Positions 56,668 to 64,000 of a stretch of 64,000 nucleotides of DNA are shown in pieces (the first letter of the stretch is position 1; every line of letters begins with the position of its first letter). This DNA is from PVC group bacterium (GTDB lineage Bacteria; Omnitrophota; Gorgyraeia; B26-G9). The position numbers were made by a program, and so were the translations under genes. The notes beneath the pieces are model-generated. The model had not been told where the DNA came from, made no database searches, and saw only the letters and a list, made by a program, of their open reading frames with translations. Location: contig JAAEQR010000003.1 in NCBI GenBank assembly GCA_024231215.1, positions 22,660 to 86,659 of the forward strand. Direction: 5' to 3'.

Positions 56668-57936
56668 ATGAGTAGTAGATTTGGAGTAATATTTAAAATC
56701 ATTGTAATAGTACTTGTGCAGGCATTTTTGACGTTAGATCTTGCTTGGGCTGCGCAGGGGAATCTGCGTTCGTTTCAAGCGGATGATACTATTTCTCCTT
56801 ATATCCAGGTCGAAAATATTTCTTTGCAGGCCGGATTTTCTGTTTTATTTACTAAGGTTGCTGTGAAAGATATTGCTCAGATTGAAACTATTGAGAGTAT
56901 AGAGCAAAACACTACTAACTCATCCATCCTATCTCAAATCAGAAATTGGATGGAAAGATTTTTTCTAAAAATCACATTTTCTTTAGGACAGATATTGTTA
57001 GGGTGGACTGGACTTGTTTGGGCGCAGGAGCATATAGAAGAATATAACGGCCCTTATTTTGATAACGTATGGTCGTATTGGTGGTATCGGACATGTAATT
57101 TTTTTACAAATCCAGTTGTTTTTAAGACTGTATTGGTTATCTCAGGTGTAGCAATGGTTTTTTTAGTCGCGAGTTTTGTTGTAGCTAACCTGATGACAAG
57201 TAAAAAAGATAGAAGCAATCTGGGAATGGTGATATTGATTGGTTTGATTGGTTATTTGGTTCTAAGCAGTGATATAGGCAATAAAGTACAAGACTTTTTC
57301 TTTCCCGATGTTATGCCTGATATGAAGACTTCGACACAAAAGAGTATTATGGAGCACAAATTAGGACTCCCTGGAGTAGGCATACAGACAAATGCGGTGC
57401 ATTCGGAAGTAATACAAGAATTCACCTCAAAAGGAAAAACAAGGAAAAATGTAATTATAAACGGAAAGATAGTAGGAGATAATATTCCTCAGAAGAGTTT
57501 TACACTTGATCAGAATGAGATTGTCTTGGCTGTATTGTTCATGCTTGCAGGGATTTTTTTAATTGATCATGCAATAAACAAAAATAAAAGAGGTCAGAAA
57601 ACATTAATAGATATATCTTTTGCTTTCTGGGGCCCGATAATAGAGGAGATAATTGAGATATTGAAAGCGTCATCTCAATCTGCAGGCCAGCTGGTAACGA
57701 TTAATGAATCAGACATAGCTGATTTACCATCAGAGACTGAGACTGTGTTGGATCAGTCAGGGGTGTTTTTCTCGGATAAGAATTCTGCCCAGGGAGAGCT
57801 TCAGCTTTATATGGAACAATTCGGGGCGCTTCTTTATCCTACAAACTGGGATGATTTTCGAAAAGCAGAACAGGTGCATCGTAACCGGCTGAATAATTGT
57901 AGTACATCATATGTTTTGCTGGAACAGGCTGTTTAG
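56668..57936 (+). CDS. leader-family protein 8 (422 aa): signal peptide plus an internal transmembrane-helix block
   Basis: The leader reads …IVIVLVQAFLTLDLAWA|AQG…ISPYIQVENIS. Hydrophobic helices lie at aa ~150-200 and ~285-305. Confidence 0.65.
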   Translation: MSSRFGVIFKIIVIVLVQAFLTLDLAWAAQGNLRSFQADDTISPYIQVENISLQAGFSVLFTKVAVKDIAQIETIESIEQNTTNSSILSQIRNWMERFFLKITFSLGQILLGWTGLVWAQEHIEEYNGPYFDNVWSYWWYRTCNFFTNPVVFKTVLVISGVAMVFLVASFVVANLMTSKKDRSNLGMVILIGLIGYLVLSSDIGNKVQDFFFPDVMPDMKTSTQKSIMEHKLGLPGVGIQTNAVHSEVIQEFTSKGKTRKNVIINGKIVGDNIPQKSFTLDQNEIVLAVLFMLAGIFLIDHAINKNKRGQKTLIDISFAFWGPIIEEIIEILKASSQSAGQLVTINESDIADLPSETETVLDQSGVFFSDKNSAQGELQLYMEQFGALLYPTNWDDFRKAEQVHRNRLNNCSTSYVLLEQAV

Positions 57937-58011
57937 CTCCATAACTTTACGCCTTCCAATAAATATCAATTGCAACCAATTGTAAATAAATAGCTTACAG
58001 AAATAGACCTG

Positions 58012-58046
58012 CCTTGACAAGCCTGCCTATATATGGTATACTTTAA
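58012..58046 (+). promoter_or_regulatory. family promoter cassette, copy E: CCTTGACA, 13-nt spacer, ATATGGTATACTTTAA
   Basis: The -35 is at 58014-58019 and the -10 TATACT at 58037-58042. Confidence 0.7.
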
Positions 58047-58096
58047 AACCATTTTTAATGTGTAATTTATTGGGATAATTTGAGTTATGAATTTTA

Positions 58097-60730
58097 GTGA
58101 AAAACGGGGTGCAGGTTTTGTTAGTAAAACATTCTAAAATATTGATTCTTACTAAGCTTTTTGTATTGCTTCTGGTGCAGGCGATGTTGATGACAAATAT
58201 TGTCTGGGCTGGAGGGTGGGAAGTCTTATGTCCAGATACCAGAGAAATGCTTGCTCCTACTCTTCAAATCAATAGCACTGTGATACAGGATAGTCTTGCT
58301 GCATTTAACCCTGAACATCCAACTAATCTGAAATATCTTTCCACAGAAGATGAAGTCTTTAAACTGTCCGAATATGTAAAACAACGTGTTCGGGAACTTG
58401 GATACCAGAATAGGGAGATAGATAAAATATCTAATAATTTGCTTGATCTTTTTCTATCTCAAAAAGATAACGGAGGAAGTGCAAGTTTATTGAAATTAAA
58501 GCAGCAGTTGGCAGTTTTGAAAGAATCAAAAGATAGTTTTCCGGCAGAAAGATTTGAAAATCAGGAGATGCAAATTATAATCCAGGTGATGGATATGATT
58601 ACTGCGGTTATCAAGCCTACTTATGATGAATTTGAGGGAATGTTTTTAGAAGATGTATTGAAAAATAAAAAGGCGCAGGGACTAGGCTATACGCAGTTGT
58701 TTTGTATTTTAGCCGGAGCCATCGGCTTGGAAGCATTTCCCGCATCGACAATGTATAATGTGGAAAATCTGGATAAGAAGTTTAATATGTTGAATTATGT
58801 CCGACTTATCACAGGAAAATTTGTTCGGGTCGATCTGATTAATACTCGATTACTGATAAAGGGGCCTTTTCTTTTAACGGAGGAATATTATATTAGAGAC
58901 AATTACTTTATCCCTTTGGAAAGTTCTGCAGATAAATCTTTGTACTCGTGTATTCGTATAGAGTCTTTTTCTAAACTACCAGCGTATATTTGGGATGTCA
59001 AAGGAGCTTTGGCCTATAGGAAGTTTAGCAAAGAAAAATATAAAGATGAGGAGAGTGTTTTAAGAAAGTTGGAACTTGCTAAAATAATCAAGATTTTTCT
59101 AAGAGCTAAAGCAATAGACCATGATGATTTATTAGTGCATTTACACTTAGCTAATATTTATGCTTTGACTGGAATTTATCAAAAGTCGGTTGAATACATA
59201 AGCACGGCAATTCAATTGACCAAACATATTTTTCCCCGAAAATTTGTGGCTGATTTATATCAATTTCGTGGGGAACTATATTTAGAAATGAAACGGAATC
59301 AAGAGGCAAGAAAAGACTTTGTTCAGGCGATTGAGTTAAATCCATTGTTAGAAAAGGAGATTTTAGAATGCTGGAAGGCTGAAACAAAGAAGCCATTTGC
59401 TTCGGCATTGAATAAAAACAGTAAGCCGGTAGTTAATATTGATGATTTAGTGCCGGCAATTGAACTGCCTGGCGCAAAGGGGAGGATTCTAAGCCACAAA
59501 GACAATGTACTATTGTTAGCAAAAGGTAAGATCCCAAAGGTAGGTTCCGGAAAATTTCGGGATAATGCCCTCAAACTTAAAAGGGCAAGCAGTTTTTTAA
59601 GAGAATATTATAAAAAAGAAGATAAATTTGGTGCTAAAGCTGAAATGCTTAAGAAAATCAGTATATCCGGAGTAGATATGAAAACCAATTTATTATATTA
59701 CGATCCTGTGTATAATTTATGTGTGCCGGCTCATATAGTCAGAAGAGCCCAACTGATTGAATTCTCCATGAAGTTTCTTGAACAGTGTGATGTAAAAACA
59801 GATAATGGTATTCGTCTCTTAGCTAAATATATTGACCAGGCAATTAAATTTTTTGTTAAATATGAACAACTTAAAAAAGAGGTCAGGAATAATCCGACAG
59901 ATTCAGATGCTATGTATGAAGCTTTGTTGCCCTTGACTAGGCTATATGAGAACAGGAAGCAGGGAAATATTTTTTCCAAAAAGGCGATGAGAAAAGTGCT
60001 GGCCGGCCTAATAGAAAAAGATAATATTATCGAACAGAAATTGAGCAAGAAAGTTGAGACGGCTGAACGAAAAGTAAAGAAAATGATAATGAATTTGGAA
60101 AAACAAATGCCGAACTTGCTGGGGTATCAAATCCGGGATAAGATTTTAAAAATTACTCCGTTATGTGAAAATATTGGCGAGGACCTGGACCAGGCTGGGA
60201 AGTTTGATGAAGCAAGAAAATATTATTTGGAGGTTGTACGACTGCTTAAATTATCCGAGTTGGATTTGGGTGCCTGGCCGGTAATGTGCCAGAAGAGAAT
60301 TACTTACTTTTTACTGGAACATGGGTTGTTTATTGAACTTATTGAATTGCTTGGTATATTTTGGGATCCGGATGAATTTATCCGGGACATTTCTCAGTTG
60401 CATGAAACAGAATCCGGATATTTGAAAAATATAGAGGGGAAAGAGAGAGCAGAATATTTGTTAGATCAACAGGGGCTGTGGAAAAATATTATAGAAGGAG
60501 ATCATTCTATTTTATGGAATGAGCTTTATTATCAAATGTCGGTACGGAAATCTCAAGCTAGTTTTGCTTTCGCTTTGGAAATTGAGTATCTTCAGAAAAA
60601 GGCAGAAGGATTATATGAAAAGTTATGCCGAAAATTAAGAGAATTGGATGCTCAGCATGAAAGAGGTAACGCGTGGAGAGAGAACGAGTTAGATTTATCG
60701 AATGATATCTTAGTGGAACAGGGAGTATGA
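58097..60730 (+). CDS. leader-family protein 9 (877 aa): signal peptide plus an α-helical/TPR-like body
   Basis: The leader reads …LFVLLLVQAMLMTNIVWA|GGW…MLAPTLQINS. The start codon appears to be GTG. There are TPR-like helices around aa 340-420. Confidence 0.65.
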   Translation: MKNGVQVLLVKHSKILILTKLFVLLLVQAMLMTNIVWAGGWEVLCPDTREMLAPTLQINSTVIQDSLAAFNPEHPTNLKYLSTEDEVFKLSEYVKQRVRELGYQNREIDKISNNLLDLFLSQKDNGGSASLLKLKQQLAVLKESKDSFPAERFENQEMQIIIQVMDMITAVIKPTYDEFEGMFLEDVLKNKKAQGLGYTQLFCILAGAIGLEAFPASTMYNVENLDKKFNMLNYVRLITGKFVRVDLINTRLLIKGPFLLTEEYYIRDNYFIPLESSADKSLYSCIRIESFSKLPAYIWDVKGALAYRKFSKEKYKDEESVLRKLELAKIIKIFLRAKAIDHDDLLVHLHLANIYALTGIYQKSVEYISTAIQLTKHIFPRKFVADLYQFRGELYLEMKRNQEARKDFVQAIELNPLLEKEILECWKAETKKPFASALNKNSKPVVNIDDLVPAIELPGAKGRILSHKDNVLLLAKGKIPKVGSGKFRDNALKLKRASSFLREYYKKEDKFGAKAEMLKKISISGVDMKTNLLYYDPVYNLCVPAHIVRRAQLIEFSMKFLEQCDVKTDNGIRLLAKYIDQAIKFFVKYEQLKKEVRNNPTDSDAMYEALLPLTRLYENRKQGNIFSKKAMRKVLAGLIEKDNIIEQKLSKKVETAERKVKKMIMNLEKQMPNLLGYQIRDKILKITPLCENIGEDLDQAGKFDEARKYYLEVVRLLKLSELDLGAWPVMCQKRITYFLLEHGLFIELIELLGIFWDPDEFIRDISQLHETESGYLKNIEGKERAEYLLDQQGLWKNIIEGDHSILWNELYYQMSVRKSQASFAFALEIEYLQKKAEGLYEKLCRKLRELDAQHERGNAWRENELDLSNDILVEQGV

Positions 60731-60937
60731 GGGAAGTTACAGGTAAAGAGTGGCAAGTAAAGGGTGACAAATTACAAGATTCAGCATATTTTTACTTATC
60801 CCATTGTAAATAATTTGGTTATGTAATAAAGATAGTGTTTGGTATTATAGTTAAATAAGTCCTTGATTTTGTATTTTTAATTAGTTATAATATTTTTTTA
60901 AGTAGGTGGCTTTTTGTCTCTAATCAAAACATAAAGA

Positions 60938-60968
60938 GGTCCGTAGGGACCTGTTATTTTTTTATAAG
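60938..60968 (+). terminator. intrinsic terminator (AGGTCC-GTAG-GGACCT followed by GTTATTTTTTT)
   Basis: A 6-bp stem plus a T-run. It closes the nine-gene block. Confidence 0.6.
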
Positions 60969-60979
60969 GAGGGAAATAG

Positions 60980-63900
60980 ATGGCACGAAGAAAAATTGCA
61001 ATGGATGGAAATACCGCGGCGGCATATGTCGGCCACGCGACTAATGAGGTAATTGCTATTTACCCAATTACTCCTTCTTCTGGTATTGGTGAAATGGCTG
61101 ATGCTAAATCAGCTAAAGGTGAAAAGAATATATGGGGACAAATTCCGGTTGTATCCGAATTACAGTCCGAAGGCGGGGCTTCTGGAGCAGTGCACGGGGC
61201 TTTAAGTGCGGGTAGTTTGACGACTACATTTACTGCGTCTCAGGGGCTTTTACTTATGCTTCCGAATATGTTTAAGATTTCCGGAGAGCTTACTCCGGCA
61301 GTGTTTTATGTTACCGCACGTACAGTAGCATCGCATGCGTTATCTATTTTTTGTGATCATTCGGATATTATGGCTGCACGTTCTACGGGGTTTGGTGTTT
61401 TGTTTGGAGGTAGTGTGCAGGAAGTCATGGATATGGGTTTGATTGCTCAAGCGGCAACCTTAGAAGCTCGCGTTCCTTTACTTATGTCTTTTGACGGGTT
61501 CCGGACTTCGCATGAAATTCAGAAAATTGAAGAGCTTACATTTGATGATATGCGTCAGGTGATAAAAGATGAGTATGTGCAGGCACATCGCAGCCGTGCG
61601 CTTAATCCTGATTGTCCGACGATAAAAGGAACTTCTCAGAACCCGGATGTATTTTTTCAGGAAAGAGAGACGGTTAATCCGTATTATGATAAAGCAGCTT
61701 CTGTTATTCAGGGCGTAATGGATCGTTTTGCTAAAGTTGTTGGTCGTCAATATAAGTTATTTGATTATTTCGGAGCGCCGGATGCAGAGCGTGTGATTGT
61801 AATTATGGGATCCGGAAGCGGTGCAGTGCTTGAGACAGTAGAAGAGATGAATAAAAACGGAGAGAAGGTCGGGATGGTTAAAGTTAATGTATATCGTCCT
61901 TTTTGCGTAGAAAGCTTTGCCAAAGCATTACCGGAAAGTGTAAAAAAGATTTCTGTATTAGATAGAACTAAAGAACCGGGTGCAATAGGAGAGCCTTTAT
62001 ATATTGATGTTCGTTCTGCAATTGGAGAGGCTTTAGAAATTGGTATTGCTACATTTAAAGAATGGCCGGTGATTGTCGGAGGTAGATACGGTTTAGGTTC
62101 TAAGGAATTCAATCCTTGTATGGCAAAAGCAGTGTTTGACAGTCTAAAAGGTGAAAAGGCTAAAAATCATTTTACTGTTGGGATTAATGATGATGTGACT
62201 AAAACAAGTATTGAATTTGATACTTGTTTTTCAGCTGAAGATGTAGATACGTTCCGCGGGGTGTTTTACGGGTTAGGGTCTGATGGTACTGTTGGTGCAA
62301 ACAAAAATTCGATAAAAATAATCGGTGAGTTGACTGATAATTACGTGCAGGGATTTTTTGTCTATGATTCTAAAAAAGCTGGTTCACGAACGGTATCCCA
62401 TCTGAGATTTGGCAAGAAACCAATCAACAGTACTTATTTGATTCAGCAGGCTAATTTCGTTGCTTGTCATAACTTTAGCTTTTTGGAAAAGTACGATATG
62501 CTTTCCGGGGCTGATGAAGGAGCTACTTTCTTGCTGGCAAGCCCGTATGGCAAAGATGAAGTTTGGGATAAGATGCCAAAAGAAGTGCAAAAACAGATCA
62601 TTGATAAAAAGATAAAATTTTATGTTATTGCGGCATATGACCTGGCGAAAAAGATAGGGTTAGGGGCTAGAATAAATGTGATAATGCAGACTGCGTTTTT
62701 TAAGATTAGTAATATTATTCCGACAGATGACGCAGTAAAGGCGATCAAAGATGCGATTAAGAAAACCTATGGGAAAAAAGGTGATAAGATTGTAGAGATG
62801 AATAATAAGGCGGTTGATGTGGGCTTAAACGCGATGGAAGAGGTGAAAGTTCCGGCAGAGGCTACCAGTAAGATAACTATTCCAGATATAGTTCCGAATG
62901 ATGCGCCTGAATTTGTGAAGAATGTAACTTCTCAGATCATCTCTTGTCGTGGAGATGATTTGCCGGTATCCGCGTTTCCAGTAGACGGAACTTGGCCGAC
63001 TGCTACTTCTAAGTTTGAAAAGCGTAATATTGCGGTGCAAATACCGGAGTGGATCCCGGATTTGTGTATTCAGTGTGGACAATGCAGTTTTGTGTGTCCA
63101 CATGGTGTTATCCGAATGAAAATATATGATTCAGATCTGGTCAAAAGTGCTCCGGAAAAATTCAAGAGTTCTAAAGCTACAGGAAAAGGATTGGATAATA
63201 AATCGTTTACTTTACAGGTGGCCCCGGAAGATTGTACGGGTTGCGGAGTTTGTGTGAATAAATGTCCGGCTTTGGAAAAAGATGCAGATAAACAACCTAC
63301 CGGGAAAAAGGCGATCAATATGGTCTCTCAGGTTGAATTGAGAGATCAGGAAAAGAAGAATTTTGAATTTTTCTTGTCTATCCCGGATATGAAGGTAAAA
63401 GATTTACCGATTGGTATTGATACAGTAAAAGGGGCACAGCTTATGCGTCCTTTGTTTGAGTTCTCCGGTGCTTGTGCAGGTTGCGGAGAGACTCCTTATG
63501 TTAAGCTGATGACCCAATTGTTTGGAGACCGGGCGATTATTGCTAATGCAACAGGATGCTCTTCTATTTATGGGGGAAATCTACCGACTACACCTTATTG
63601 TGTGACAGAAGATGGTAGAGGTCCTACCTGGTCAAATTCTTTATTTGAAGATAACGCTGAATTCGGGTTTGGTATGAAGCTGGCAGTTGAGCAGCTTACC
63701 GAACGCGCACGTGCACTGTTGAAGGAGGTGAATTCAGATAGTTTAACTGAGGATGTTCTATCAGCTGAGCAAAAAACTCATCAGCAGATAGAAGAACAGC
63801 GTGAACGCATTGCGAAGTTGAAAGAAATACTGGCTAAGAAGTCTAATGATCCTAAAGTAAAAGAATTACTTGGCATCATAGATTATTTAGCCCAAAAGAG

Positions 63901-64000
63901 CGTTTGGATACTTGGCGGTGACGGATGGGCTTATGATATTGGTTATGGTGGACTTGATCATGTATTGGCATCTGGAAAAAATGTAAATGTTCTGGTGCTT
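60980..64000 (+). CDS. nifJ: pyruvate:ferredoxin (flavodoxin) oxidoreductase, single-chain NifJ/PFOR type (3' truncated by the window edge)
   Basis: The start is MARRKIAMDGNTAAAYVGHA…IYPITPSS, followed by a TPP domain, ferredoxin-like CxxCxxCxxxCP clusters (CIQCGQCSFVCPH, CTGCGVCVNKCP) and …GDGWAYDIG near the end. A GGAGGG RBS is present. The ORF is open to the window end. Confidence 0.9.
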   Translation, partial: MARRKIAMDGNTAAAYVGHATNEVIAIYPITPSSGIGEMADAKSAKGEKNIWGQIPVVSELQSEGGASGAVHGALSAGSLTTTFTASQGLLLMLPNMFKISGELTPAVFYVTARTVASHALSIFCDHSDIMAARSTGFGVLFGGSVQEVMDMGLIAQAATLEARVPLLMSFDGFRTSHEIQKIEELTFDDMRQVIKDEYVQAHRSRALNPDCPTIKGTSQNPDVFFQERETVNPYYDKAASVIQGVMDRFAKVVGRQYKLFDYFGAPDAERVIVIMGSGSGAVLETVEEMNKNGEKVGMVKVNVYRPFCVESFAKALPESVKKISVLDRTKEPGAIGEPLYIDVRSAIGEALEIGIATFKEWPVIVGGRYGLGSKEFNPCMAKAVFDSLKGEKAKNHFTVGINDDVTKTSIEFDTCFSAEDVDTFRGVFYGLGSDGTVGANKNSIKIIGELTDNYVQGFFVYDSKKAGSRTVSHLRFGKKPINSTYLIQQANFVACHNFSFLEKYDMLSGADEGATFLLASPYGKDEVWDKMPKEVQKQIIDKKIKFYVIAAYDLAKKIGLGARINVIMQTAFFKISNIIPTDDAVKAIKDAIKKTYGKKGDKIVEMNNKAVDVGLNAMEEVKVPAEATSKITIPDIVPNDAPEFVKNVTSQIISCRGDDLPVSAFPVDGTWPTATSKFEKRNIAVQIPEWIPDLCIQCGQCSFVCPHGVIRMKIYDSDLVKSAPEKFKSSKATGKGLDNKSFTLQVAPEDCTGCGVCVNKCPALEKDADKQPTGKKAINMVSQVELRDQEKKNFEFFLSIPDMKVKDLPIGIDTVKGAQLMRPLFEFSGACAGCGETPYVKLMTQLFGDRAIIANATGCSSIYGGNLPTTPYCVTEDGRGPTWSNSLFEDNAEFGFGMKLAVEQLTERARALLKEVNSDSLTEDVLSAEQKTHQQIEEQRERIAKLKEILAKKSNDPKVKELLGIIDYLAQKSVWILGGDGWAYDIGYGGLDHVLASGKNVNVLVL

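Noticed and set aside
60975-61000. Sigma-54 promoter-like TGGCAC…TTGC at the nifJ start.
   Set aside because: The TGGCAC overlaps the nifJ start codon. The spacing to TTGC is 9 nt rather than 5, and the element lies inside coding sequence.

Overview
This is a 64 kb window of low-GC bacterial chromosome, about 35-40% GC by eye. Almost all genes run on the + strand in compact operons with AAGGAG-type ribosome-binding sites. The genes point to a diderm anaerobe: a Rex repressor, a single-chain pyruvate:ferredoxin oxidoreductase (partial at the 3' edge), a PlpD-like type Vd patatin autotransporter and other outer-membrane barrels.

The first ~34 kb is mostly housekeeping or regulatory. It includes:
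- the TypA C-terminus, CspA, and two ABC-F ATPases;
- an OmpR-family regulator with its sensor kinase;
- a PP-loop/MnmA/ThiF-like sulfur-relay operon, a THUMP methyltransferase and a DEAD-box helicase;
- rex-serC-serA, a RumA-like methyltransferase, and a sigma-54 activator with no receiver domain next to a kinase remnant;
- a secreted agmatine-deiminase/PAD-like enzyme.

The striking feature is a ~26.5 kb block (34.3-60.9 kb) of nine consecutive + strand genes encoding proteins of 422-1856 aa. They have no global similarity to one another, but all start with the same unusual leader. It is a Sec-type signal peptide with a Gln-containing hydrophobic core, 'I-I-Q-A-F-L-L-x-D-x-x-W-A' (cleavable A-x-A site), followed 10-25 residues later by a conserved 'L-(A/S)-P-x-(L/I)-x-I-(N/S)' strand-like motif. 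Five transcription units in the block start with near-identical copies of a promoter cassette: CCTTGACA, a 13-nt spacer, then ATATGGTATACTTTAC.

The cargo domains I can recognise from the translations look like secreted effectors or toxins:
- a divergent PEP-utilizing-enzyme module (phosphohistidine swivel plus PEP-binding TIM barrel);
- a DHH phosphoesterase;
- an ExoU/VipD-like patatin phospholipase;
- two members with internal multi-helix transmembrane blocks;
- a 1856-aa K/E-rich giant built of ~105-aa degenerate repeats.

I cannot assign this leader family to a described secretion or sorting system from memory. I flag it as the most likely novel system in the window.
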